This document shows, in pieces, positions 35,601-48,533 of a stretch of DNA of 64,000 nt (the first letter of the stretch is position 1; the number at the start of each line of letters is the position of its first letter). The position numbers and the translations under genes are program-made. The notes beneath the pieces were generated by a model. The model had not been told where the DNA came from. It saw only the letters and a program-made list of their open reading frames with translations, and did not search any database. This DNA is from Octopus sinensis (taxonomy: Eukaryota): contig NC_042997.1 of assembly GCF_006345805.1 (NCBI RefSeq), forward strand, positions 175,212,001 through 175,276,000, in the 5' to 3' direction.

Positions 35601-36061
35601 ATAATAATGATAAAAATGATAATGATTTCTAACACATGTACAAGGCCACAAATTTTAGAAGAGGTGGGAAGGAGTTGATTATACAACCCCTCCTTACTTG
35701 AGTGGTACTTATTTTATTTACTACAAAAGGATTAAATCAGAGTTGCCTTCAGCAGGATTTGAATTCAGAATATAAATGAGCATAACTAAATGTGACAAGA
35801 CATTGTGTCTACTTTACCACTTATTCTGTAGTCTTTGCTGCCTTTATAATATTGTAAACAAGGTCTAACAGCTAAGCTGTCAAAGTGCTGGATTGCTAAC
35901 TATACATAATTTAGCAAAAACTCTGTTTGTCTCAGTCTCCCTGACTAACAAATAGGTTCCATCTAACATGAATCTAAATGCTTCCTGAGCCTTGGAATGC
36001 TTCTAAGTCTTTTGTGATGATATTTCTAATGAATACACTGTCCATTGTGTACAATCCATCC

Positions 36062-36402
36062 CATCATCATCATCATTGTTTAACATTTGTTTTCTAAGCT
36101 AGCATGGGTTGGACGATTTGACTGAGGGCTGGCGAACCAGATGGCTGCACCAGGCTCCAATCTTGATCCGGTAGAGTTTCTACAGCTGGATGCCCTTCCT
36201 AACGCCAACCACTTTGAGAGTGTAGTGGGTGCTTTTACGTGCCACTGGCACGGGGGTCAGTCAGGCGGTACTGGCAATGACTTCGCTCAAATCTTTTACA
36301 CATGCCACCGGCACAGGTGCCAGTAAGGCAATGCTGGTAACGATCACGCTCGAATGGTGCCTTTTACATGCCACCGGCACGGAAGCCAGTTAGCTGCTCT
36401 GT
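36062..36402 (-). mobile_element. RTE-like 3' UTR fragment
   Basis: Reverse complement of the 34660-34867 and 51695-52015 type. Confidence 0.8.
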
Positions 36403-38504
36403 CTAATATGCGAACAGTAAAATTAAATATAACAGTAGACTATTTTCCATATAGACTATGGACTCGACTCATAAGGCCAATGTTTTATGTTCATAATTCA
36501 GTGTTTTCATTAATTTTATTTATGATTATAGTCCAAAATGGTTGGTGCTTGTCTGTGGGATCTTTAGCACGAGGTACATAGGAGACAAATCTCTTAATGG
36601 ATAAGATGCTTGTCTATTACATGTGACTTTCATAAAAATACTCAGTGTACATTTTACAGATAAGTAAACTTATAGATATAAGTTGAAGGCCTTATCTTAC
36701 ATTTTGTGGAGAAGAGGAAATAGGATACAACAATGCTTATTCCAAGTGTATTAAAAGTTTATGTGAAGTGCATTCACTCCAATCAAGGATTGAATTCTTA
36801 TTACAGTTTCACCTAAGTATTTAATATTAAGTGATTTGTTCATAAATGTAACAAAGCTCTTGCAGTAGTTTAAACTTATAGCCCATAAGCTTGAAGTTTG
36901 TTATTTAAAAATATGATAGATTTCCACTTCTACATCCTGATGTTAAACTCTGCCAGATTTGAATTTTCATTTCAATAGAGTTAATAAAATAGCTACCAGT
37001 GATATAGTAATGTAGTCTTCCCTATAAATTTGTGTCCTGCTGCCAAAGTGTTAAGTCACTATTGTAGTTGTTATTTGATCAGTCAGACATGATCAAAAGA
37101 TTTCCAGTGATAGGAAATAGGACACTGTAATGCTCATGTCTCTTCCAAGAGCATTAATTGTTTATATGAAGGGTAATTACTTCAACCAGGGATTGATTCC
37201 AAGTTACAGTATTTTGCTCTTAAATATGAGATTCTATAGATTGAAGATTATCTAAAGACATTCATGTCATAGAACTAACAATAGACAATGGTAAAGTTCA
37301 GTAGTGATCATTATATTTAGTTACATAGCTTCATATTCAATGGTAGAATCCTGCTAAAGTTGATCGTATTTTTTTTGGAATCAATAAAATGAATACTAGT
37401 CAAATATCGGAGTTGACTAAATCAACTACGCTCCAGTCACAAAATGTGTAGCTTTTAAGTTGTGAATGATTATATGGAGTGCAGTCTGGTAATCTGAGCA
37501 TGTGGCATATAGTTGTCTATCATTTCTGTTTATTTGATGAACTATAATTTTGGTTTAGACTGCAGCCAAGGGAAAGCAAGTTGAACTCATATCAATTGAT
37601 AGCAGATTGAATTCCTTGAGGGCATATTTTCATGATAATTCATATTACAGCTGTTATAGGCGTGTATGTTTGTGTGTATTTTGTGTCTTTTAAGGTGAGT
37701 TGAATTTAAGAGCATGAAAGAGAAAATGATTCTCAGATGATATCACAGTCATATCACTGGTATATTGTAAGAGTGCATTTAAACAGTTTCAGATGGTCGG
37801 GTGCATGGATGTACAAGCTGTAACAAGCTGCTGTTAGGAATTGTGTTTAAATAAACCAGTTGCTATTATTGTTGATCGAGTGTTGTTATCATTGTTGCTG
37901 TTGTCATGGCAGTGCAACTCTGGTCAGTCCTGATTAAGCAAAACTATGTCATATAAGTAATTAAGGTGAATGACCGAATACAGTTCACAGCTTTATTATT
38001 CCAGTGCTTTTGTTAATGAAAGGGATTGCATGGATTGGAGCACACTGCAACTAAAACTGTCCCATTCATATTTCTCAGTGGTCTTTCAGAGGTATTTTTG
38101 TTATCTTGTATATATGATTTGAATGCAGCATTTGATGATGTGAACCATGCTATTTTGTGTCCTTTATTGTTTGTTGTTGAGAGATTGTGGTCTAAGTACA
38201 GATGGCATTATCCATGCATAATCTAATGCCGTTATTTCTTTCAGAATTGGTAACAATACATGTTGAAGCTGTATGGTGTGTGCATGTGTGTGACTTCAAA
38301 TGTATCTTATGTCTAATGGGATCAGATGAGAGAAAAAATCTTTCATTTGTTAAACCCTAGATCTGCTCTACTTGATCTTAACTATGATCAAAGATATGTC
38401 GACCATGATAAACCAGTCTTTTTCTTAGGTGCATTGCAACATGCCATTCTTTTCAAAGACTGTAAGCTAAAGTAAATATTCCCACTATTTCAGGTCAAGC
38501 AACC

Positions 38505-38719
38505 TACTTCTTTACTACCCACAAGGGGCTAAACACAGAGGGGACAAACAAGGACAAATGGATTAAGTCGATTACATCGACCTCAGTGCGTAACTGGTAC
38601 TTAATTTATCGACCCTGAAAGGATGAAAGGCAAAGTCGACCTCAGTGGAATTTGAACTCAGATGAAATACGGCTACACATTTCGTCCAGCGTGCTAACAT
38701 TTCTGCCAGCTCGCCGCCT
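38505..38719 (-). mobile_element. SINE family A
   Basis: 13-bp TSD AGGTCAAGCAACC (38492-38504, 38722-38734). Confidence 0.85.
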
Positions 38720-39074
38720 TAAGGTCAAGCAACCATGCAGAGGCTCCTTTATTTGTTCATTATTGAGGTTGTTGGGATTGTAATATCTTATTAGCGTTGT
38801 GTTTCTTAACTGCCATCCAAAAACTCATGGTGAAACAGTTCAACAGAAGTACCAAATCTAATCACTACAGTTTTTAATGATTCTACTCCATACCAGTTGC
38901 AGTAAGTGAAGTACTTTAGTGAACTTCACCAATAAATTATTTCTCATCTTTAAAGTGAATCAGTATAATTACTTATTGATTAAATATATTTTTTTTTGTT
39001 TGAAAAGTATAAAAACAATTTGCTTTAAAATCTATTGCTGTGCTTTGTATATTATTTATTGAAAACCATTAACT

Positions 39075-39112
<38 letters not shown>

Positions 39113-39139
39113 CTACCCCGGTATCAGGTCAATGGCACC

Positions 39140-39357
39140 CATGCTGGTGGCACATAAAAAGTACCCACTACACTCTCGGAGTCATTGGCAATAGGAAGAA
39201 CACCCAGCTGTAAAAACCATGCCAAACCAGATTGGACCCTGGCGCAGCCCCCCCCTCCTCCTAACCCCACTTACTATCCCACCCCCCACTTACCAGTTTT
39301 CAGTCAAACCATTCAACCAATGCCAGCATGGAAAGCAGATGTTGAACAATGATGATT
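39140..39357 (+). mobile_element. RTE-like 3' UTR fragment (diverged)
   Basis: GGTGGCACATAAAAAGTACCCACTACACTCTCGG...GCATGGAAAGCAGATGTTGAAC. Confidence 0.7.
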
Positions 39358-39358
39358 A

Positions 39359-39395
<37 letters not shown>

Positions 39396-39674
39396 CAGCA
39401 TCATTTACATAACGGTGGAATTGTTCAGAGATGAAAAAATTTCAATGAAATCTTCCAATATTATCAAAATGTTATACTGTAATATGTTTAGATGATATAT
39501 ATTGTAAAATGAAATACATTGTAGTCATTACATATCTATTCACCTAGATATTTATGCATCTAACTATATTCTTATGGATTTCATTCCTGCTGTTTATTTC
39601 ATCAATCTTTATTTGGTGAAACACAAATTATGTTTTCTTTTTTTACATAATACTTGTATTATATGTATATGTGA

Positions 39675-39988
39675 AGGTGCAAGGTTCAGTGGTTAGAGCA
39701 TCAGGCTCACAATTATGAGGTAGTGAGTTCAATTCCTGGACTGGGCTGTGTGTTGAGTTCTTGAGCAAAACACTTTATTTCACGTTACTCCAGCTCATTC
39801 AGCTGTAGAAGTGAGTTGCAGCATCACTGGTGCCAAGCTCTATTGGTATTTGCGTTTCCTTTGGGTAACATCAGTGGCATAGAGAGGAGTGGCTGATATG
39901 CATGTTGGTCTTCCATAAACAACCTTGGGGAGGAACTTTCTAGGTGCAATCTCATAGTCATTCACGCCCAAAGGGAATCTTTACCCTT
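39675..39988 (+). mobile_element. SINE family C variant
   Basis: tRNA-like head GGTTCAGTGGTTAGAGC...GAGTTCAATTCC; body shared with 58510-58737. Confidence 0.7.
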
Positions 39989-40367
39989 TATTATATAGAC
40001 ATAAACATGGATGTAGATAAACACAGACAGGATGGAATTCCACAGCTCTTGTCCATCAAATTCCATTCAGAAGGTCAATATGGGACTACTATGAAAAGCA
40101 CTTTCCAAGGTGCTAAGCAATGGGACTGAACCCCAAAACCATATCGTTGTGAAACTCTTAACCATATGGCAATACCTGTCATTTTATTTTTTAATTTAAA
40201 AAAATTTCTCTTAGAACTACGGATCTTAATCTTGATAAATTACAAGGCTCACTAAAATATATATTAGTGAAATTTTTTGTCCCTTCCTTTAGTAATGGGA
40301 AAACACAATATCATTTGGTTCTACTTAATTCTTCTTTTGCTTTTGATGTTGGACAAATTTTAAAAAT

Positions 40368-40564
40368 TTAACCCTTTAGCAGTTAAACCAGCCATATCTG
40401 GCCAAAATATTCTACTTATTTTATATTCAAGCTGGCCAGATGCAGCTTTTCAGTCCGACACTATAATGTCATTATAAAAATGCACACAATGCATGATTAA
40501 TTCAAAACAATGTGAATAAATAAGCATTACATTTGACAAAGTAATATGAAAGCTAATGACTTAA
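40368..40564. mobile_element. piggyBac-like MITE
   Basis: TTAACCCTTTAGC...TTAA; homologous to 29765-29988. Confidence 0.7.
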
Positions 40565-40575
40565 AAGCATATTCG

Positions 40576-40948
40576 TCATCATCATCGTTTAACGTGCGCT
40601 TTCCATGCTAGCATGGGTTGGATGATTTGACTGAGATCTGGCGAACCAGATGGCTGCACCATGCTCCAATCTGATCTGGCAGAGCTTCTACAGCTGGATG
40701 CCTTTCCTATCGCCAACCACTCTGAGAGTGTAGTGGGTGCTTTTACGTGCCACCGGCATGAGGGCCAGTCAGGAAGTACTGGCAACAGCCATGCTCAAAT
40801 GGTGCTTTTTATGTGCCATCTGCACAGGAGCCAGTCTAGTGGCACTGGCAACGACCTTGCTCGAATGTTTTTTCACGTGCCACCAGCACAAGTGCCAGTA
40901 AGGTGAGCAGGTAACAATCACGCTTGAATGGTGTTTTTTACATGCCAC
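40576..40948 (-). mobile_element. RTE-like 3' UTR fragment
   Basis: (CAT)n tail and about four internal repeat units. Confidence 0.8.
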
Positions 40949-41069
40949 AATATCAGGATTTGTCCAAACCCCCTCTTCCCCCACAATTTTCAATTTTTAT
41001 GGAACTCACTGAGAAACACTATCATAGAAGGAATAAGAAAGGTTTGATTGGAATAAAAAGAAAAAAATT

Positions 41070-41395
41070 GGCACTCTGTCAGTTATGATGATGAGTGTTC
41101 CAATTGAGCCAATCAATGGAACAGCCTGCTCATGAAATTATCGAGCAAGTAGCCCAGTATTCCACAGACACGCATATCCTTAATGTAGTTATCAAGGAGA
41201 TTCAGTAAGACACAGAATATGACAAGGCTGGCCCTTTCAAATACAGGTACTACTCATTTTTTTCCAGCTGATTGAACTGGGGCATTGTGAAATAAAGTGT
41301 CTTGCTCAATGACAGAACACATCACCAAGTATTGAACTCACAACCTTATGATTGTGAACCTAATATGTTACCCACTGAGCTACATGTCTTCACGA
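41070..41395 (-). mobile_element. SINE family C
   Basis: Diverged reverse complement of 3893-4158. Confidence 0.7.
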
Positions 41396-41832
41396 TTTGA
41401 ATAATAAAGAATCAAAACAACATCATTTGAATTTAGACAAAAACAACTGTGTATCAAAGTAGATGCTAGACTATAGAAAAATCTTTAATATTTTTCATTT
41501 CTTTAGTTACTTTTGTAGAATTTGCAGATTAGACGCTAAACTATTGAAAATTTTCTTAAATATTTTTCGCTGCTCTAGTTACTTATTGGATTTGCAGAAT
41601 ATATATTAGATCATTTTTATTTTTGCTTAAAGTTTTTCAACATTATCGTTAAATTAGTAACATAAATCAAATGCACCAATAATTTCTCTGTCTAACTGAT
41701 TTTTGGTTGTAATGTTCACACCCACCAGACATCTGACCTCCACACAACAATACATTATTTATTTTATTTATTTCTGAGCGTTATGAATGTTATACAGACT
41801 TAAACAAAACTGATTTTTTTCTAAGGTTTATA

Positions 41833-42185
41833 CATGACCATGTGGTTAAGAACCTCACTTTACAACGGCATGGTTTCAGTTTCAATCCTACTACATTAAT
41901 TCTGTCTTTTACTATAATCTCATGCCAACCAATGCTTTGTGAGTGAATTCAATAAATGGACTGTGTAGAAGCCTACTGTATGTGTTTGTCCCTCACCACC
42001 ACCACCACCACCTCTTGACAATATGTGTTGGTTTGTTTATGTCCCTGTAATTTAGTGATTCAGCAAAAGAGACATATAGAATAAGAAAGAAGCTTAAAAA
42101 ATAAGTATTGGGGTCAATTTGTTTGTCCAAACCCTTCAAGGTGGTGCCCCAGCATAGCTTTAGTCCAATGACTCAAGGCATAAAA
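41833..42185 (+). mobile_element. SINE family B (older)
   Basis: Diverged head, GCAAAAGAGACATATAGAATAAG and GGTGGTGCCCCAGCAT blocks. Confidence 0.7.
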
Positions 42186-44109
42186 AAAAGCTGATAAAAT
42201 GCAAGATGACATGTAAAGATGACAAATTGAGTTGTTAGAGCATAAGACTTGCAATGTCCCAGTTCTTCATACTGTGAGTTCAAATCCCACTGAGGTCAGT
42301 TTTGCCTTTTGTCCTTTCAGGATCAATAAAATTAAGTACAAATCTAGATCAGTGAATTGATAGGATTGTCAGAGCAAAGGATGAGATGCTTTTCGGAGTT
42401 TGATTCAGCTCTTTGCATTTTGAGTGCTTAAGTGGTAAATTTAATCCATCATCCAATTTGTTTTTGATACCAACTCACTTGGAACCACCCTAGTTCTATA
42501 ATACAAACTTCCTATCTTAAAGGGGTCTAAATTAAAATCTTTTATCTAAATTTCATGTTAGTTTATGTTCCAAAACACCAGCTTAATGACTAAGTTATTT
42601 TATTATACACTTCATCATTTCCAAATTAATTAAAAGAAAAATAATGTATTTTACCAGAAATATGGTAACAAAAGGGTTAATACCACCACCTGATCCTTAG
42701 AGGGGTGAGGCTTTAGCAAAGGACATTTATTGCAAGCATTTGAGTCAACCATAACAGGTTTATAGATATTATCTTGTTCATTATCCTTGCCATTTATCCT
42801 GTAAAGATCAATAAAATAATGTATAATATGAAGCCCGATGGTTTTGAATGAAGGCATGTGGCCTAGTTGTCAAGGTATTGCACTCAAAATCACAAGATCA
42901 TGGTTTCAATCCCTAGACTAGGCAATGAGTTGGTTTTTTTGGGGTTTTTTTTTTAACAAAACTCTTAATTTTATGTTGATCCAGTCTTCTCAGCTATAAA
43001 TGGGTTACCTTCAAGAAGGATGTTGTGATCTCTGTCACTTATATGCTATGGAAACCAGGAAGTCAACCTTTTGACTCCTAGGGCTCAAGACTGCTTAGTT
43101 ACAAGGATTTTGAGGTTAAGGCACAGAATGTATGGTAAAGTTGAATCCATGTGTGAATTGAACTCAGAGGAGCAAGGTAATGAATGAGTGAAATGATATT
43201 TGTAAACTGTGTTGGTTAGCTCTTTACTGCTTATACCAAATGTACTACTGTATATCATTAGAAAAGATCAAAAGATAAGAAGAAAAGAACTGCTGTTTTA
43301 TTCTATAGAATTGCTATAAGTAACCACTAAAATCTTTTGTCAGTAGAAACATTTTATCTTTTGTAGTCTAGTGTAGTTTTATAGATGTTTTCTTTACCTT
43401 TTCTTAGTTTTTATGCTATTGTCTCTAATTCCTTACAGACATAAGGAAAGGTTGTTGGTAGACAATAGAAAATTGGAACACAATAGATCAATTATCAAAC
43501 AACTGATTTCTTTCATTGGTACAAAACCCTGTTTTTTTCTTGAAATTTAGAAAAAAAACGAGATTTTGTGATGTGCATTCATTTCTAAATGGTTTTAGCA
43601 GTGTAATTGAAATAATAGTAACAGCTAAAAATTGAAACCAGATTGTTAGACTTTGCTTTCTGTGAACTTTTACTATATTGCACACATCACCTCATCCCCA
43701 CTGTAATGATAATAATAATGATAATGACTTCTAAGAGCAACCAGTTTCCCATTGTAAAGCTGCATGTCTGTCGTCAAATGAATTCAATTTATATCTCCAA
43801 AAGTTTGTTGATTTTTCATTATAACAGTAGTGGTGCAAATTGTTGTTGTTATCGTTTAATCCCTCCTCCTTCCAGTTAACCTTGCTCAAGAAAATCTGTG
43901 ATAAAAAGTACAAAGGTATTCCAGGTGTAACCAACTCACCTTTCTGTATATCTAAAACTATATTGTCCATTGTTTCTTACCTCTTTTCCTTTTTAAGTTA
44001 CTGTATGATTTGAAGGAGATTTGGCTACTATTTTTTGCAAGTTGAGTGACCATGTACAGGCTCCTTTGTTGATTCAAGTGGTACAAATTGTGTAAAAAGA
44101 GAAACAATA

Positions 44110-44342
44110 CCTATTTCTTTACTAACCACAAGGGGCTAAACACAGAGAAGACAAACAAGGACAGACAGACGGATTAGGTCAATTACATCGACCCCAGTGC
44201 GTAACTGGTACTTAATTTATTGACCCCGAAAGGATGAAAGGCAAAGTTGACCCCGGTGGAATTTGAACTCAGAACGTAACAGAAGACGAAATACAGCTAC
44301 ACATTTCGCCTGGCGTGCTAACGTTTCTGCCAGCTCGCCACC
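44110..44342 (-). mobile_element. SINE family A
   Basis: TSD GAGAAACAATACCT on both sides. Confidence 0.85.
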
Positions 44343-47300
44343 CTAAAATGAGAAACAATACCTTTATGTGGATAACAATGTGGGAAATAGGCACTTTTTA
44401 TGCTAACTGACAGAGTTATTAGAATGTAGGACAAAATACTTCACAGTATTTGTTTCAGTTCTCTCCATTCTGAGTTCAAATGTCACTGAAGTCAGCTTTG
44501 TCTTCCATTTGTTTGAGCTGTTAAAATAAAAAGTACCTGCACACAGCAATGGATTGACAGGATTGTAAAAGTAATTCTTCGAATTCTGAGTTCTTGGTTG
44601 TAAACTTAATCCATCGTCCAGTTTAAGACCGTCATCTGATACTTGGGTGCCTTTTGCAGGGTCCACTCTGTTGCAAGCCTTTAAGCCAGGTCTTTGGTTT
44701 GAGAATAACTTCCTCCATTCATCCTACTGGTGTCAGTGGTCATTCAGAAAGTCCCATGGATTGCAATTTGCCCATGACTGGAATAGATGATAAATTATTG
44801 GAAGAAGGATTTTTATGGCCATGTACCCTCCCTCCAATCAACACATATCTGTTTTTTCAAGTAATGGGCTTTTTATTCCAAAACGAGGTGGAAGAAACAA
44901 AAGCGAAATTGTTGTATTTCTTCTCTTTTTATGGTATTTATTATGCGTCATTAGTTTATATCTTATAGGAATTTTTTTTGTGTGGCTATAGTTTGATGTT
45001 AATTATGTGCTAAAAATAATTTAAATAATAATATGCATTAAGAATTACATTATATATTGATTAAAAAAAAATTAATATAGTGTTGCTGCCAGTGTTGGGT
45101 AATAATCCTGCAAATTTAGTAATGTAGAAAAAATAGAATTAACTGGTTGAAAATAATGCTTAGTGTGTGTAATGATTTTGCAATCCTGCTCTATAGAAAA
45201 ATGTTTTTCTACATTTTGATTTTACTTGTTTTTGTAATTTACACCTGTTCATAATTAACAGCAAGAGATTTGTGCTTTTAACTGAATGGTACACCTGATT
45301 ATTTAAATAACACCACCTTCTAGTTGAATAGTACACCTTGACAAGTTGATTTGTTGAACAGACTTGGTTGAATGGCACTTCATTAGGTGAATGAACCTGA
45401 CACAAGACTTGGCAAGTTGAATGTTACTTGATTGGTAGACTCAAGCTGGTACACAAAAGTAGTCGTGATGTTCTTACTGCACTCAATTACAAAACATATT
45501 TTTGCCATGTTATTTTCACTGCTTTTTCTGGTTTTTACTTTTACACGCTGTCATGGCTCGGATGAATACTTTTCAGTTAGAGTAGTCACTTGATAAGTAC
45601 AGTATCTTGCCCCAGAGGATACAGCCACAAATAAATGCTGTGGAGGTTGTATCCACGACAAATAAAGGCTGTGGTTCCATTCATCCACTGCTTGCTAAAC
45701 ACTTAACTTTCTTAACTCACTAATCAGAGATTCTACTGTCTCGTCTGCACTTCTTTCGATACTTTTTTCAGGCAAATGTATTGACTTAACTATCTTTACA
45801 CTCTGCTTGTGCCATATCTCAGAAAAATCATGTAAATACACAAACTGAACAAGCATCTTTTATGTTTGTCTGCTACATTTATTTTTACAAAATCTGTTTG
45901 GTTCACCACTAGCTATTTATTTTTCTTTCTTATAGCTCTACAAATCATTCTTGTTACCTTATGACATTAAGGTATCTTTACTGTTTATTTTTGAAAACTT
46001 TACACCATCTCATCATGCCACTCACTGGTATACTATGTATATATACACTCATGAGTATATATAGAGTATACTAGGTATGCAATTTGAATCAGTAATTGTC
46101 AAAGAATAAATTATTTAATATAATTTACTATGTAATGAATTAAGTTTTATAATTATTTATTAAAATGTTAATACAATTTCGCTTTCAATTGACTGCTGTA
46201 CTATCAGTTGTTAACATAAAGTAAGGTAATACATAGAGTAAGAAAACAGTAACTAACTACTCTAAAGTATTTTGTTTGGCTGTGTTTTAGAGCTTAGGTT
46301 TCTTTCAACAACAGTCAGTTGTTTATTATAAATCTACCTCCTGTTTATTTATAAATACAGTACACTGTCATGTCAGCTTATGACATATTTATATATAAAG
46401 CATTGTTGAAGAACAACTATCAAAACACTGTTCAAAATACATCTTGTATGTCACAGATACCAATTTAAACATTCAAGCTTGTAACAAGAATTGTAAAGTT
46501 AAAGTTGAAAGAGCAGGATATTACAACACTTGTGTTAAAGCTCACATGTTGTTTAGCACCATTACAGCCTTGACTGAACAAACCTATTATCAAAGGCATT
46601 CCAGTTATGACCATTTGCCTATTTAAAAAAAAATTTTTAGGCATTTTATCTTGGATTACATTTATCCAGTATGTCTTTTCTTTTTATGATGGTAGAATGT
46701 AGTTTGAGGGAGATTTAGTTGCAGTTTCTTGTAATTTGAAGTTCTTTGTAAGTATTCATGTTGATAATGATGATGATGGTGTTTTGGGATGAAATTTATC
46801 TTGTAGTCAGTACTCTGTGAAATATATGATTAGTGCTTGTAAGGATGATATTCCAGAATTCCGTTTGGAATTGTCAGGTGCTTTTACAATATTATGGTTT
46901 ATCATTAATCCAAATGTATTGGTTTTCACCACACTTTTTATTATTTTATGTCCAAATTATTATAGTTGTAGTTTGATGAAACACTGTTTTTATTTTATGT
47001 AGAAGAATAGGGACAGCAGGCAGTTCCCGTAACCCTTGCAGGTCCTTCAAGGCTGGGAAGTTTGCTGTAGCCAATGTTCAACCCAAACATTTGTAATCTA
47101 TGTCTGCATTAAATTTGATTGTGAAGCAGGTAGAGGCTTACTCAGATCACTTGCAATGAAGTAAACTCCTTGAAAATCATTGGTATTAAACTAGAAAATA
47201 TATTAGGTTTTCTTTTATAGAAATATTGTGATCTCCAAAAGGGGTGGCCATATCTATTAGTAGGCATCCCTTTATATTTTTCTGTTTACAATATGCTTTC

Positions 47301-48120
47301 ATGATTTGTTTGACTTGTTCAGTTGGTAGTCATTGAAATGTTTCATAATATAGTTTCCTTTTTCAACTGTAGTAACAGAGTTATGGGCAATGCTCATAAC
47401 AGTTTTCAGTATAGGAATAATGATGGTGATGATGATGATGGAGGGGGGCAGTGTTCAGAATACAGGTAGTAAATTAGACTACCTATGTCTTATCAACATA
47501 GCCAGATGTGTATATCAAGAGCATTTGAAAGAGTTGAGAAGCGAAAGAATCTTATGACCTACAAGGTCTTTTCTCATGTATGGAAAAATTAATCAATAAA
47601 CTTGGAACAGAAATAGCTTTCCTCACTTGCCAAAATACATATGAAATAAGCTATCTGAAAAGTGAGCAAATGTGGCCAGATTGTCTTTGGTAAATGTGTT
47701 TTATTTGACAATGTGCTTCTGATGAAGACGAGGTGAGACATGTCTCTCAATCTGGACCACTTAATAAAAACACACTGCAGTTTATTAAGGAGAAACAATT
47801 GAGTAATGATAAATTTCAATTGTTTAGAATATGAAATAATATTTTTGTTAACCTCACATCCAACAAATTATAATTCTCATAATTGTCATCATGATTATTC
47901 TGAAGGTGATGACTGGCAGAATCTGTTGCAAACCAAGCTAAATGTCTAGTATTATTTACTTATATTTGATGAAATGACAAAGGACCAAGATATCTGGCTT
48001 TGCCTTTCATCCTTTCTGGGGCAATGAAATAAGTACAAGTTAAGGATTGCAGTTAATGTAATCAACTTGCCCTTCCCAAATTTCAGGCCTTCTGCCTATA
48101 ACAGAAAGGATTATTATTAT

Positions 48121-48465
48121 TCTATGTTTGACTTTTGCTTTACATTTGTACAAGTTGGCTCCAAGTCTCACCCAGAGACCTCAAGAGACAACAAGTTGGA
48201 AGTTCATGTTGGTGTTATGCCTAGGGTGCCATATATTTGGTTTTGTACATAGTGTTGTACTAGTGAATGTTTAAGAAACCATAAGAAAATTATGTTTGTT
48301 TTAAAACTTGAGATTACATAGAAAGTATTTTGCGTAGGATATGAGCAGTTCCCATGAGCACTATCTTTTGAATTTCTGCCATTTTGGGGTTTCCTGGTAT
48401 CTGAGCTAGGTAGCAATCAGCCCCTTTTGCTATCTTTCCCAGGGTACCTATGACAACTTTCAAGA
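48121..48465 (-). mobile_element. R4/Dong-like LINE 3' end
   Basis: VVIGTLGKIAKGADCYLAQIPGNPKMAEIQKIVLMGTAHILRKILSM*; 3' end abuts the (TTA)n tail of a SINE. Confidence 0.75.
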
Positions 48466-48500
48466 TCTTTATATTTGCTCAGTTTTTGGTAGGTCTTATT

Positions 48501-48533
<33 letters not shown>

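Noticed and set aside
47715-47750. CTGATGAAGACGAGGTGAGACATGTC as a hammerhead
   Set aside because: GAAA is GAGA, stem II is incomplete and stem I is absent; at most a fossil.
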